NCBI RefSeq assembly: GCF_006345805.1
Contig: NC_043002.1
Coordinates: 59,148,001 to 59,212,000 of the forward strand
Source of the DNA: Octopus sinensis
Lineage: Eukaryota
Length of the DNA: 64,000 nucleotides
Direction: 5' to 3'
The notes beneath the pieces are model-generated. The model had not been told where the DNA came from. It did no database searches and saw nothing but the letters and a program-made list of their open reading frames with translations. The position numbers and the translations under genes are program-made. Position 1 is the first letter of the stretch. Each line of letters starts with the position of its first letter. Shown one piece after another: positions 27,106 through 41,892 of the stretch.

Positions 27106-27617
27106 TGACATTCTGTCCCTTATGATGTCGAGGGTTCCAGTTGATCTTCTGATCAAGGGAACAGCCTGCTTGCGAGATTAATGTGCAAGTGGCTGAGCAC
27201 TCCACAGATGCACGTACCCCATTACATACTTCTCAGGGAGACTCAGCATGATACAGAATGTGACAAGGCTGGCCCTTTAAAATACAGGTACTACTCATTT
27301 TTGCCAGCTGAGTTGACTGGAGCAACGTGAAATAAAGTGTCTTGCTCAAGGACACAATGCACCACCGGGAATTGAACTCATGACCCTATGATCATGAGCC
27401 AAATACTGGATTTCAGCTGCAAAGGACTCTACATTATACTCCACTGTATTGGATTACTATGTGATATGATAGCCGGATCCATCAGAGGAGCTTTCTGTGA
27501 TTGCTACAGGATTCTATGAATCCATATATTGTATTAAAAATATATAAGTATATACATATTTGGTCATATATATGTATAATATATATATATATGTGTGTGT
27601 GTATATATATATATATA

Positions 27618-28861
27618 TTAGGTTGTCAAGAAAGTTCTTGTGGTTTTAACCTTTAAATATCTCGGCTCAAACAAAACCTTATTAATTGAAATAAATACCA
27701 TCAGAATCAACACAATTTTGCCAACATGAAACAAATTTATTTATGCCAGTAGCATAAATATCCTACGTTCTGGCGGCGATGAAGTCGTTGAAGGCGTGTT
27801 TCGCATCGTCATGGTTTTTGAAGCATTTCTCACACAGGAAGTTGTCAAGATGCTTGAAAAAGTGGCAGTCGGTAGGCGAGAGATCTGGTGAGTATGGTGG
27901 ATGAGGCAGAGTTTCATAGCCCAATCTGTTCAACTTCTACAGGATCAGTTGTGTGATGTGCGGCCGAGCATTGTTGTGGAGAAGAATTGATCCTTTTCTA
28001 TTGACCAATGCTGGCTGTTGTCGGAGTTTCTTATGCATTTCATCCATTTGCTGACATTACTTCTCCGCCATAATAGTTTCGCCTGGATCCAAAAAGCTGT
28101 GATGGATGAGACCAGCCGCAGACCACCAATCAGTCACCATGACCTTCATTTGGAGCAACTTTGGCTTCGGGAAGTGCCATGGAACTTCGTTGGCATCCAA
28201 CCACTGAGCTGAGCATTGCCTGTTGTTGTAAAGAATCCACTTTTCATCACAAGTCACAATCCGGTTGAGAAATGGGTTGTTCTTGTTGCGTAAAAGAAGG
28301 GAAGACAACATTTCGAAACAGCATTATTTCAATTCGTGCGACATTCATTTCTCAAGTTTTTCCAATCTCTCAAGTGGTTGGAAATTGTCGTATACATTAT
28401 GTCTAATTCAGAAGAAAGCTCTCTAACAGTTGTGCGTGGTTTGGCTTCCACTAAGGCTCTTAGTTGATTGTTGCCAACATCCGGTGGCCGACCACTATGC
28501 TTATCATCTTCAAGACTCTCGTCACCGCTACAAAATTTTTTGAACCACCATTGTGCTGTATGTTCATTAGTGGTTCCTGGACCAAGCATATCATTGATAT
28601 TGTGAGCTGTTACAGCAGCTTTTTGGCCTAGCTTGAACTGGAATAAGAAAATTGTGCAAATTTGCTTTTTGTACATGTATTCAATGTTTCAGAAAAAATG
28701 GACTAATTATTCAAAATGAAAAAGAGTAATAGGATTAGATAGAGTGAAAAATAGGCTTTAAAATGATATTAAGTCAAAGTAATTTAACAAAAATTAATTT
28801 GAAAATACATCATTTAAGACCAAAATTAAAAATTCCGCAAGAACTTTTTTGACAACCGTAA
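27618..28861 (-). mobile_element. Near full-length mariner (DD34D) element with pseudogenised transposase (about 28676 to 27670)
   Basis: TIR TTAGGTTGTCAAGAAAGTTCTTG and its inverse; motifs WFKKFCSGDESLEDDKHSGRP, IVTCDEKWILYNN, HNNARPH, LPHPPYSPDLSPTDCHFF. Confidence 0.93.
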
Positions 28862-29744
28862 ATCCTTGAGTATAATCCGCATTTTGTTCCCCAAATTTAA
28901 AGGTCAAAATCCCTAGTGTGTACTTTATACGAGGTTAAAAATGAAAACTATTTTCTAAGTAATGTCTGAGTCTCTATTTGCTGTCTGACAATGTTTATTC
29001 AGACACATTTTGGATGTTGGGTGCGAAAATTCCTTAAGCTGTTCATTATTTACTAAAGAAAAATTATTCTAACAACTTCTAGTTATATAATTTTAGTTTG
29101 TCATGTCTTAATATATGATGTAAATAGCAAAATAAGTTCATATAAGATAGACCTGATGATTGGCAATACATTTGTTTTAATATGGTATTGTATAGAGACA
29201 TTCTATTTCAGCAATATCAAGAAACACGCGTAGTCTAGATAATGTAAAGTATATGATTTGTGATAAGATTTGAAGGTATTAATTTTGATAATTTGGAATA
29301 AGAATTGTAGGTATTAATTTTGATGATTTTAATATTTAGTCCTATGTATACATATTGTGGATAATGTCATTCAATGATCATTGAGTTGCTTGAGGGTGAT
29401 TCTGTCTCTTAAACCTATCTATTTATATGTATATAATACAGTGAGTAATTCATTTTAGTACCACTAAATTGAACTTCTCTCCCCTATGGATTCGGAAAGA
29501 ACTTCCCAAATATTAATAATTAAAACCTCACTTCAGCATAGAATAAGTACAAGGCTTAAAAAATGAGTATTGTGGGTGATTTGCTTCACTAAGCCCCATA
29601 AGTTAGTTGCCCCAACAAGGCCACAGTCCTGTGTTTGAAACAGGTAAAAGAAAAGATAATTGATTAATTAATTAATCTACTTGTTAACGTTTTTTTTCTT
29701 TCAATCTCTTTCATTCATTATTGACATCCATATTAATTTTTCAG

Positions 29745-29868
29745 GTCACCCGAACATTGACCAATGAAACCGCCCGACATAAGCTTCTACTCCGCAGGAA
29801 GAGTTCCCTGGCTCGACGCCAGAGGCCTTCACGTGCAAGGAAACGAACAGACAGTGAGAGTGATTCTG
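29745..29868 (+). CDS. Putative internal exon (124 nt, phase 0-1): VTRTLTNETARHKLLLRRKSSLARRQRPSRARKRTDSESDS
   Basis: Acceptor ttaatttttcag, donor TG|gtcagt, GC/CpG-rich island in AT-rich flanks, open frame. Confidence 0.85.
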
Positions 29869-29993
29869 GTCAGTTACATTTTCACTTCTCTCTCTCTTTT
29901 CCTTTTTTAAATTCAAAATGAATGTATTTGGTTCCACAACATAAAAGTAAGCAAGATATAATAGTTTCCTTAGCTGTTACTGTTTTACTTTAA

Positions 29994-30213
29994 CCCATTT
30001 GATACCAACCCGGTTAGAACCACCTCTAGTTGAGTATAAATGTCTTGTTTACAAAAGTTCTGAATTAAAATCTTCCACTAAACCTTAGTCGCAATTTATG
30101 TTCCTAACACCAGCTGAATGATAACTTGAATCATTTTACTAAATTTTTTGTTATATTAAAAATTAATTGAAAGAAACACAGAGCATCTCAACAGAAATAT
30201 GGTAACAGAAGGG
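29994..30213. mobile_element. piggyBac-like MITE
   Basis: TTAA-CCCATTTGATACC ... GGTAACAGAAGGG-TTAA. Confidence 0.85.
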
Positions 30214-30726
30214 TTAAAGAATGCACTGGATGCTCTATATGTGGCATTAGTACTGGTGCTTTGTATGTGGCACCAAGACAAAAAGCCCTCAGCTGGGAGA
30301 TGGAGAACTACTGAAATGTTAGCCTGCTTGCCTTAGCCAGTGGGATGGTATCTTTCAAAAAGCTTAAACAATGCAAAGCACATTGTGACTAATGATGTAT
30401 AACAACTAATAGTCAGGTCGATCACAGGATTAGGAAATTAAATAACAAATAAGAAGCAATGTCTAAAAAAGACTTGTCAGTTCACCTCATGGTCTCAATG
30501 GACAAAATGGAAAGGTTATAACAAATGAAGCAGAATGTATAAATGAAATATACACAACTTGAGACTGAAACTGGTAAGTATGTTTTATTTTCTGTTATAA
30601 AATACAATGATTGCCATACATGAAATAAAATAACATGACATGTTACAACACAGATGTGTGAGAGAACTTTGCAGTTAGGTTGGACTGTTGATGTTGTAGA
30701 CATAGTTGACGTACTGTTGGTGGTGT

Positions 30727-31110
30727 GGAAGGCAAATGGCCCAGTGAATAGGGCATCGGACTTGCGGTCATAGGTTCGTGGTTTCGATTCTAAGACTGGG
30801 TGTTGTGAGTGTTTATTGAGCAAAAACACCTAAAGCTCCACGAGGCTCTGGCAGGGGGTGGTGGCGAACCCTGCTGTACTCTTTCACCACAACTTCCTCT
30901 CACTTTTTCTTCTTGTTTCTGTTGTACCTGTATTTCAAAGGAACCAGCTTTGTCACACTCTGTGTCACGCTGAATCTCCCCCGAGAACTACGTTAAGGGT
31001 ACACGTGTCTGTGGAGTGCTCAGCCACTTGCACGTTAATTTCACGAGCAAGCTGTTCTGTTGCTTGGATCATCTGGAACCCTCATCATCATAACCGACAG
31101 AGTGCCACAA
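30727..31110 (+). mobile_element. tRNA-derived SINE (family F) with CORE-like segment
   Basis: TGGCCCAGTG A-box-like, GTTTCGATTC B-box-like, TTGAGCAAAAACAC; 3' half shared with about 3780-4055, 18545-18800, 27105-27405, 62180-62395. Confidence 0.75.
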
Positions 31111-31519
31111 CTGTTGGTGGTGTGTGCAGGCAGGTGTTCGGTCTGTTGGTCATGTTGTCTTCATACAGCAATGATGTAGACAGGCATCTGGTGGAGATGA
31201 TGAGAGCAGAGACTGGTTGGTGTCAGGCCATCATTGTGTGTGTGGTCAGTGGCGAGTGCCAGGGACCTAGAACAGTCAAGAATGGCCATACTTATAGGGA
31301 GTAGGAGGCTCCCAGAGCTGGTGATTAATTTCCTGCATAAGGAAAAATAAACTGTTGTACCAATGCGATTGGACAGCTGGAAGCTGACCAATACAAACAA
31401 CAGGTCCATTTAATCACCAGGTCATGTGACCGCTGGAATGAAAAGAGCTTGTGGAGTTGTTTTATGAGTATTTAAGCCTAGATGAGTCAAATTGAAAACA
31501 TCTCACATGATGACAGTGT

Positions 31520-31830
31520 AAATCACTTGTGCTACAAGGTGTTGCCCTGGAGGATGGTAAGGGAGATGCTCTGGAACAGCCAATCTGAATCACAGGGCTT
31601 ACACTTGCTGATAGCCATCTCTACCCTGATAGTGGTGAGCAGGAATGTGGTGCAGGATCCAAGAGCACCAGAGGTTTCCACTGCCACAGGCTTTACCACA
31701 AACCTATCAGAGACCAGCCGATACTTTGACAGTTTGCTCTTCTCAGCCTGATGAGCAGCAAGGCCTGGGCTGGGAGCAGAACACACCAAATTGCCATTGG
31801 AGAGGCTCTAAAACAGAAGCCATCCCACCA
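31520..31830 (-). pseudogene. C-terminal restriction-like endonuclease (RLE) fragment of a CRE-clade non-LTR retrotransposon
   Basis: AAHQAEKSKLSKY...FVVKPVAVETSGALG...WLFQSISLTILQGN fits the AE..K..KY / P.A.ET.G..G / QR.S..IQRGN pattern. Confidence 0.75.
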
Positions 31831-34016
31831 ATGTAAACATCATCATCATCGTTTAATCCTCCGTTTTCCATACTAGCATGGGTTGGACGGTTTGACCATG
31901 GTCTGGGAAGCAAGGAGGCTGTGCCAGGCTCTAGTCTGATTTGACAGTGTTTCTACAGCTGGATGCTCTTCCTAATGCCAACCACTCCGTGAGTGTAGTG
32001 GGTGTTTTTTACGTGCCACTGGCACAGGGGCCAGAGCAGGCTGGCAAATGGCTACGATCGGTTGGTGCTTTTACATGTCACCGACACGGACGCCAGTCAG
32101 GCAGCACTGGCATCAGTCACATCCGGATGGTGCTTTTATATATGCCTCCGGCACAGGTATCACAGATACAATTTCCATTTGATATTTATTTTGATGTTGA
32201 TGTACTTGACTCAATAGGCCTCCTCAAGCACAGCGGGTCACCCTATGACCCAAGGTTAACACAGCAGGCCGTCCTGCGAACCATGAACTCACTTAATTTG
32301 TCTGGTCTTGGCAGTCACAGCATATCTCAGAAGTCTCAGTCTTTCATCATTGCCTCTGTGAGGCCTAACGTGCTACCAGCACGGGTATCACAACTACAAT
32401 GTCCATTTGATTTTTATTTTGATATTGATGTACTTGATTCAATAGGTCTCCTCAAGCACAGCCTGTATAACATATTTCTTTTAGATTTCTTAGCAGCACA
32501 GGTGTGACTGTGGTTAAGAAGTTTACTTTATAACCATATGGTTGAGGGTTCATTCCTGTAGTGTGGCACTATCAGTTGATGTCCTCTATTATAGTTACTG
32601 GCTGACCAATATCCCTTTGGAGTGAAACTGATGGAAACTTGAAGAAGCCTTAGTGGTTGCACTTTTTGTGTCTTTGATTCCCAGACCTGCTGGTTGTTGT
32701 GTTCTTGGGCAAAACAGCTGCAAATGCATGACCCTGCGAGGGTCTGGCTTTTTGAGCAGGGGACATGTTACCCCGCTTGCCCAGTCAGTGGGGTGGCATC
32801 ATTCAAAAAGTAAAGCAAAGCAAAGTGCACTGTGACCAGTGATATTTAACTTCATCTGAGAGTCTGGTTGATCATGTAACACATATAACTATTTATATGT
32901 ATATATATATATGCACACACACACACACACACACCATCATCAATTAGTGTCTGTTGACCATGCTGGTATAGGTTGGACAGTTTGACCTGGGCTGGCAAGT
33001 TGGAAGGCTGCACCAGACTCCAGTCTTATTTGCCATAGTTTCTATGGCTGGATACTCTTCCTAACACCAACCACTCCGAGACTTTTATGTGCCACCGGCA
33101 CGGGTGCCAATTTGCATGACACCAATATCTGCCACAACTGCAATTTTGTTCGGCATGATGGGCTTTCTTTTCAAGCATGACATAATGCCAAGGTCTCAGT
33201 CATTGTCTCTGTGAGGTCCAACACTTGAAAGGAGCTTTTCATGTGCCACTGGCATCAGCCACTTTGCTTCTGTGAGGCCCACCATGCAAAAGGGGCTTTT
33301 TATATGCCACTGGCACAGGTGCCAATTATGTGACACCAGCATCAGCCACGACTATGATTTCACACGACTTGACGTGTCTTCTCAAGCCATGATTTAATGT
33401 CCAGTTTCCCATGCTTGCAGGAGTCAGGTGTACTTCATGGAGACTGATTTTCTACAGCTGAATGCCTTTCCTGTCACCAACAGTCATCTGTTTCCCATAA
33501 GATAATATTTCCCCATTCTAGGTGCCGTGAAGTGGGATTAAACAAATAACCATGTGGTTGGAAAGCAAGCTTCATATATATAGTTATATATATTACATGA
33601 TCAACCAGACCCTCAGATGAAGTTAAACATCACTGGTCACAATGCGCTTTGCTGTGCTTTACTTTTTGAATGATACCACCCCACTGGCTGGGCAAGCAGG
33701 CTAACATCTGTGCCTATAACATGTACATACAGAAAAAAAGGACAATTATTTGTCTGATAGAAATAGTTGGTGTGAAAAACAGAAGAGGAAAATACATGAA
33801 AGTCGTGGGTTTTTGTGAAGGAAATTTAATTCGTCATTGTCAAAATTTCCCGTTAGTTATTTAGATCTCTTCCTCAAGGAAAGAAGAAAAAGAAATGTTG
33901 TTATGTAAAGTGATTTTGCTAATATTTTGTAATCCAGTCCTTGATCTGGTTTAGATCAGACGGGTTGAGATGGTTGCTGGAGATGTTATATTGATTTCTG
34001 TCTCGCTTTTGCATAA

Positions 34017-34019
34017 CAC

Positions 34020-34055
<36 letters not shown>

Positions 34056-34345
34056 CATCACCACCATTCCTCCTCCTACTACTACTACCATTACTACTAC
34101 TACTACAACCACAACCATTCCTGCTCCTCCTCCTCCTACTACAACCACAACTATTCCTGCTCCTGCTACTACCACCACCACCATTCCTCTTGCTTCACCT
34201 CCTCCTTCTCCTCCTCCTCCTACCACCGACACCACCACCACCGACACCACCACCACCACCACCACACCACCATTCCTCTTGCTTCACCTCCTCCTTCTCC
34301 TCCTCCTCCTACCACCGACACCACCACCACCACCACCATTCCTTC
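34017..34345. repeat. Compound (ACT)/(ACC)/(CCT) trinucleotide repeat with an internal duplication
   Basis: Read directly; explains the Thr/Pro-rich ORF. Confidence 0.9.
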
Positions 34346-35369
34346 TCCGAGAGGATAAAAAGCAAAGTCGACCTAGGCAGAATTTGAACTTAGAATGTAA
34401 AGACAGAGAAAATAATGCTAGGTATTTCGCCCGGTAGGATAACGTTTTGGCCAGCTTGCCACCTTAAATAATAATAATAATAATAATCCTTTCTACTAAT
34501 GGCACAAAGTTTGAAATTTTGCAGGGAGAAGATGACTTGATTACATTGACCCCAGTGTTTTACTGGTACTTAATTTATTGACCCCAAAAGGATGAAAGGC
34601 TAAGTCAACCTTGGTGGAATTTGAACTTAGAACGAAGCAGTAGACGAAATACTGCTAAGCATTTTGTCCAGCATGCTAACGATTCTGCCAGCTTGTTGCC
34701 TTACTATTACTACTACTACTACTACTACTCCTGTTGTTGCTGCTGTTACTACTACTACTACTAGTACTACTACTACTACTACTAATAATAATAATGGTTT
34801 CAAATTTTGTCACAAGGGCAGTAGTTTTGTGGGGGAGATTACGGTGCGCCCCCCCACCCAGTTCAACTTGTATATTTTATCGACCCCCAAAATAATAATG
34901 ATAATAATAATAATAATCCTTTTTACTACAGGCACAATAATAATAATAGTCATAGCAGTAATAATAATAAAAATAATAATTTCTAGCACAGGTATAAGTC
35001 CACAAATTATGTGGGGGCCTGTAATTGATAAGTGACCCCCCCTCCACTAAAAGCTTAGTATACATTTTAATAATCATTATTGGGGATTAAAATCAAAATT
35101 AATTACAACAGAATTTGACTCAGAAAAAGTCGTAAAGAGATGTAAATTTTTGAAGGTATTTAGTGTCAATTAATTAATTAATTAATTAATTAACAATAGA
35201 TAGGGTTTGTAAATAAGAAACAAAAAGATATAAATAAAATAAAGAGTAAGATAATTAAGAAAAATACAAAAAAAAATATTCCAGTGGAATGTGGTTGTCC
35301 AGATTTACAAAGAAAAGAATTATATTAATCCCTTTATGCAAGCTTATTCAATAGAAAGAGAAGATAAAT

Positions 35370-36320
35370 AGCGCATGATGATGATGATGAGGAGGAGGAG
35401 GAGGAGGACGAAGAGTGGTGGTGGTGGTAGTAGTGATCGCATCCACCACAGCTACCTCTATCTTCATCATTATCATCATTAGCATGATCATCATCACCAT
35501 CATCATCACTACCGTCATTATTTACCATCGCCGTCATTGTCATCATAATCATCTTTCCTCCTCTTTTTCCTCCTCATGATCTTTTTTATTGCCATCATCA
35601 TCATCATCATCAGCTGCAGCATCGTTATCACTCTATTCATTATTCTCATCCTCATCACAGTCACCACCATCATTCCCATAACCTTTGCCATCCTTGTCAT
35701 CACTCCATCATCATCATCATCATCATCATTGTTGACATCGTCGTCACTATTACAATCATCATCATCCCCATCACAATCATTATTGTCATCATCATCATCA
35801 TCATGTTCTCTGAAAGCAACAACATTGCGGACACGAAGCGGTGTATAGGTATGTGTATGAGTGTGGGTGGGGCAAGGTTATTAAAATTAAAATGGTGCTG
35901 GAATGCTCATGCTCTCTTACTTAATTACTAATCTGCTGCAGGAGCAGCAGCAGCAGCACCACCACTTTATCTTCCATCACTGTCACCATTAGCAACAGCA
36001 GCAGTACATCAATGATATTAATCAAGAGGCTAAAAGATTTAGTTATTCAACAATCATCATCATCATTTTCATCATAATTGTCATCATCACCATCACCATT
36101 GTCATCATCATCATCACAATCGTCATCATCATCACAATCATCATCATCATCATCATCGCAATCATCATCATCACAATCGTCATCATCATTGTCATCACAA
36201 TCGTCATCATCATTGTCACCATCATCGTCATCACAATCATCATCATCACCATCGTCATCATCATCATCGTCATTACAATCATCATCATCACCATCACCAT
36301 CATCATCGTTGTCATCATGA
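35370..36320. repeat. Degenerate (CAT)n-rich microsatellite blocks
   Basis: Read directly; explains poly-Asp, poly-Ser and poly-Met ORFs. Confidence 0.9.
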
Positions 36321-37440
36321 TTCAATGTCCATGTTCCATGCTGACATAGGTTGGAGGGTTTAACAGGATCCAGTGGATCCAAGGGACTGTATCATGTTTC
36401 AGTTTTCTGCTTTGGCAGGGCCTCTACAGCTGGATGTGCTTCCTAACACTGACTAATTTATGCTGTATACTTGATGTTTTTTTTCATAGAACCAACACTG
36501 GTAAGGGTTAAGGTCACCTTCTCGAGTCATGCAGATGCATAAGGGCCAGTTTCCCAGTTTCTGTGGCGTATAAATTCCCTCCCTGGATGGGACACTGGTC
36601 TGTTGCAGGGTTACTTACTTTTACCCAGTGAGTTGACGGGAGCAACATGAAATAAAGTGTTTTGCTCAAGAACACCCTGTGTTGCCCAGTCTAGGAATTG
36701 AAACCACAATTTTGCAATCATGAGTCCAGTACCCTAACCACTAAGCCATGTGCCTCCACTATCAACACTAGTAGGGTCACCATGCTGCTTAGAATACTAT
36801 GGACCCTGCAGAAGGTAGCTTTATGTTGAGAGATGAGGTGTTAGTGTATGAAAGAAGGGGTCTGAGTAGGATGTGCTTCTTGTTGTAGTTGTGCCACTTC
36901 GCTATTCACAGGGCACAGATGAAAGTGCTGGTGATGGGGCATCTGTGTGGACCCTCATTGTATGAGGGGAGTAAAAGTGAGTGGGGATAGAACCAGGAGT
37001 ATGGGTGGGCAGGGGTGCATGAGTGTAAGGGAGAGTGAGAGATGGGGAAATAGTGATGGAGTGAATGAAAAAGTGTTGAGGGATGGTAAGTAGAGGAGGT
37101 AGGGAAGTGTAGGTGACAACTGTAAAGATTGGGTAATGGGTAGGATTGAGGGGTGGACTTAGTGAATGATGGGTAAGGGGTGGTGTTGGTTACCAATGAT
37201 GCATGGTAGGGCAAAGGGTAGCAGAATAGTAATGGTGATATAAAGTAGAGGGTGCAGTTGTAGCAGTGTGGTAAGAAGTTTATTTCCCAACCACATACTT
37301 GCAGGTTCAGTCCCATTGCATGGCACCTTAGGTAAATGTCTTCTACTATAGCTTCAGGCTGACCAAAGCCTTGTGATGGATTTGGTAGGCGGAAACAGGA
37401 AGAAACTGTTGTGTGTATATATATATGGGAGGGGGGTGTA

Positions 37441-38321
37441 CAGGGTGGGGCAGAGAGTATGGACGTTTTTGAAAAATTCACAAAACAAATTTATTGACAT
37501 CAATGTGTTTGTATTGCATTAGCATTTGTCAAAATCAAGTGTGGAAACCAACATCCTTCATGTGGTGTCCGTTTTCATTGATACATTTCTGAAGGAGTTC
37601 TTGGAAGTTTGCCTCCACTCTCTCCAGCATTGGTTTGTCGATTTGGGTGACTTTCATGTGAATTACTTCTTACAAATTGTCCAATGTACAAGGCTTGTGT
37701 GCATACACATGTGCTTTGAGGTTTCCTCGCAAGAAATAATCACATATGGACAAATCAGGACTGAGGGGACCAAGGAATGACAGCAGACCTAGAAAAGAGA
37801 GGGTGAAGAACAGCCATTGATGTTCTGGATGTGTGGGTTAGGTGGAAATGCAGGTCTTCATGCAAAATATGCCTTACCGATCAATTACTGATGCCACTTT
37901 CAGTGGAATGCCTCCAAGCAGAGCGATTCAATCTCTGTATCAAAGTTTGTCTGATCTGTTCCATATTTTCCAGGGTCCGTACCGTTTGTGGTACCTCCAT
38001 CCATCTCCTATTCATTAGTGTACCTCGTGTACGAAGTGTGTTCACCCTACGTAAGATTGTGTTACGGGAAGGAACAGCCTGATTTCGGTGAATGTTGAAG
38101 TGGCACCAATCTCATGCTGAACTGCTGATAGACTCGTCATTCTTCATGTAACTGTCGTAGACAAACACGCGATGCTCTATCGTCCACAGCACCATGGCTT
38201 CACCTGGAAAAAAAAAATGCCAAGACACCATGGACCAAATGGTACCTGTCGGACATATGCACCTCCTCCTGGAGCTGAGTAATAACCATTACAGAAAATG
38301 TCCATCCTCTCTGCCTCACTC

Positions 38322-38323
<2 letters not shown>
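37441..38323 (-). mobile_element. Internally deleted Tc1/mariner-superfamily element nested in a family A SINE (37250-38780)
   Basis: TIRs CAGGGTGGGGCAGAGAGTATGGAC / GTCCATCCTCTCTGCCTCACTCTG; minus strand retains VPSRNTILR (HTH region) and LQKCINENGHHMKDV C-terminus. Confidence 0.8.
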
Positions 38324-38354
<31 letters not shown>

Positions 38355-38461
38355 GTATGTGTATGTGTGTGTGTTTGTAGATAATATATATATATATGTG
38401 GAGAGATAGATATGTATATGTATGTAGATGTATATGTATGCATATATATATATGTATATAG

Positions 38462-38508
<47 letters not shown>

Positions 38509-39576
38509 ATGTATATAGATAATATATATATGTTTATAGATAACATACTTATATGTATGTATGTAGATAGATAAATATGTGCATGTGTGTGTCTGTATTT
38601 TTGAGACTGTTTTTCCTCTACCACTGCTCTGCAACCAGTGTTGGTGTGTTTACATCCGACCAATAGAATAAGTACCTGGTTAAAAAAAAACACGTACTGG
38701 GGCTGATTCATTTGACTAAAGATTCTGTGAGGCGGTGCCCCAGCATGGCCACAGTCTAATGACTGAGACAAAAGATAAAAAGGGCAAGATAGGCAGGGTG
38801 AGAGGAGAAACAGGCAGGTGTAGTGCATGGGGAGGATGGGAGGCTGGTAATGGAGAAGGTGAGGTGATTTACTGGCTCAAGCAAACGTAATGTAATGACT
38901 AAGTGTTCATCCAATATATAGACTATTACGTTGAGGATGAGATCCAATCAGGCTGGAAGCCAGCATCCTTTAGCTGTACAAACCACATGTTCTTACATGA
39001 GGTTTTATCATCAAAATTATTATTTTCGTAAACATAATTAACTCACAGTGATCATGACAACATATTTTAAGATAATTTCTGCTGTTTTTGATTTTTTTAT
39101 CTTTCTTTTTATGCCTTAAAATAGACTAATAAAAGCTTCTTTTTGAAACTAGTTAATCTATAAATCAAACAGAGATTAAGATTATCTGCAAAAGGATTAT
39201 ATTCTTTCATTGGTTTAAAACTATTTCGTAACATGGCTTTTTTTTTAATCCCTCCATAAACAAATAGCAGTTGGTTACTGTGATAGTAGTGTGTGTCCTT
39301 GGCTGGTCTGTTATGAATAATATTGAATGTATTGTTGTATAATGTGACTCTCACTCTCTCTTTACATATGTGTGTGTGTGTGTATGTGTATGTATACACA
39401 CACATACACATAACAAAAGATTACATTTTGGACATACGTATCCACAAAGCCTTGTGGACAACTTGTCAGGCTCTATACAAACAGAAAAGTTTAAATTTTC
39501 TACGTCGCAGACGTGAGGAAATGCTTAGAAATTGAGATTATATCTTAACATTTAAAAATCTTCAGCTTTTTGGATA

Positions 39577-39998
39577 TGAAACCTATATTTAAGAGCTGAG
39601 GAATTATGTACATTATTTACATTATTTACATTTGACGGATATTTGTCCACATATTGTTTGTTGTTAACACAGCGTTTCGGTTGATATACCCTCCAGCCTT
39701 CATCAGGTGTCTTGGGGAAATTTCGAACCTGGGTTCTCATTCCCAAGGTATTTTCAATGTTATTATTATCATTATTCAGGTCACTGCCTGAAATTGGACT
39801 CAGAATCTTGGGGTTAGTAGCCTGCACTCTTAACCACTATGCCATATGCCCATGGGAATGAGAACCCAGGTTCGAAATTTCTCCAAGACACCTGATGAAG
39901 GCTGGAGGGTATATCAGCTGAAACGTTGTGTTAACATGAAACAAGATGAGGACAAATATCCGTCAAATGTAAATAATGTAAATAATGTAAATAATGTA
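39577..39998. mobile_element. Family D element: full minus arm plus 5'-truncated plus arm
   Basis: 39577-39853 is a complete minus-strand unit; 39855-39998 is its inverted 3' half. Confidence 0.85.
39887..39932 (+). ncRNA. Minimal type I hammerhead ribozyme (best-preserved family D copy)
   Basis: Stem I GACAC/GTGTT, core CTGATGA plus extra A, stem II GGCTG/CAGCT, GAAA, loop-less palindromic stem III AC/GT, GTT cleavage triplet. Confidence 0.75.
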
Positions 39999-40392
39999 CT
40001 AAAATTATTGTTGTAATAATTACTGCTCTTTTCTTTAGAGTATGCCGTTTTTCTGATATGTTTTATTAATTAACTATATATATATATATATATAACATCA
40101 TCATCATCATCGTTTAACACCTGTTTTCCATGCTGGCATAGATTGGATGGTTTGACTGAGGTGTGGAGATTGCAACTGGCTCCAATCTGATTTGGCAAGG
40201 TTTCTACAGCTGGATGCCCTTCCTAACGCCAACCACTCAGAAAGTGTAGGGGGTGCTTTTTACGTGCCACTGGCAGAAGAGCCAGTCAAGTGGCCCTGCT
40301 GATGATCACGTTTAGATAGTGCTTTCCATGTGCCACCAGCACGAGACCAGTCAGGCGTCTCTGGCATCAATCACGTGTGTGTATATATATAA

Positions 40393-40452
<60 letters not shown>

Positions 40453-41810
40453 ATATAAATGAAACAAAAACACAATAGAGGACATTCAGACAGATAGACG
40501 ATACAAAGGCAGACAAGAGAAACAACAATTAGAAGGACAGGTAAAAAAAAGACAGGTCATTCTTGGCATTCTTTCCTAAGTCAAGCTCCAGAAGTCATGA
40601 CCATTTCGGGCAGTTACACTTGAGATGGTTTGACCTGGTTGCTCCCAAAAAAGTCTAAGGTAAATGCATTAGACCCCTTTATAAGAAAGCTAGCGAATGT
40701 GTACAGCAACAAAGATTTTAAAAAATGGAGAACATGGTACACAATTACAAATACAAAGAAGAAATAACAACAGCTGTCTTTCGACTGAGAACGAATCAAA
40801 TTGAGCTGGCGTGTATGAAGTGAAAGCCTAAAGGCAGAAGCACAGGTGATGGACATGTATAAATATATATATATATAAATATAATATATATATATTATGT
40901 GTCTTCTCAAAGCACGTCTGCATATATTTTAGTATTGCAAATCTGTATGTAGACATTATATTTGTGTGAAGTATGAAAATACTGGAAAATATTACCTAGA
41001 AAGTAACAATACCAAAAGAGGAGATTGGAAAATATTTAGTATTGTTCATTCACAATATGATGAAGAAATAAGAGCAAAAAATTCTTATATTCTTTTACTT
41101 GTTTCAGTCATATGACTTTGGCCATGCTGGAGCACCACCTTAAATGGTTTTAGTCAAACACTTTGACCCCTGGGGCGTTTTTCTTTGTAAGCCTAGTGCT
41201 TATTCTATCGGTCTCTTTTGCTGAACCACTAAGTTACGGGGATGTAAACACGCCAACATCGGTTGTCAAGTGATGTTTGTGGAACAAACAAACACAAACA
41301 CACACATAAATAAATACATATATACATACATACATGCATATATATATATATATATAATGAAGGCTGTTACAGGAAGTACAACATGCTAAAATAGCAGTCA
41401 GATCCACTCAAAACCACATTTTCACAAAGATGAAGTCCTGGGAACAGGCAAAACCACTAAGAAACCAATGACTAAAAAAAAATTGAAAATTGAAAAATCA
41501 GACACACTTCTCAAACTTTGTGAAAATATCGCTTAATATCTCCTCAACATGTCTGAGGAGATACTAAGATACTAACATGACAATGTGTGTGAGTGTGTGT
41601 ATGTGAATGTGTGTGTGTGATTGAGAGATACTAAGTGATATTTTCATGGTTTGAAATCATTGTGATATGGGTATGTCTGACTTTTCAATTTCCGATTTTT
41701 TTTTTTTTTGTCATTGGTATGGTATCTTAGTGATATTATCTGTTGCTCCAACTTCATCTTTATATAAAAGTCAAAACTTGTGATTTTGAGTGGTTTTGGC
41801 TGCTATGTAT

Positions 41811-41892
<82 letters not shown>

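Noticed and set aside
33970-34437. Mucin- or extensin-like Thr/Pro ORF
   Set aside because: Compound trinucleotide repeat running into a SINE fragment
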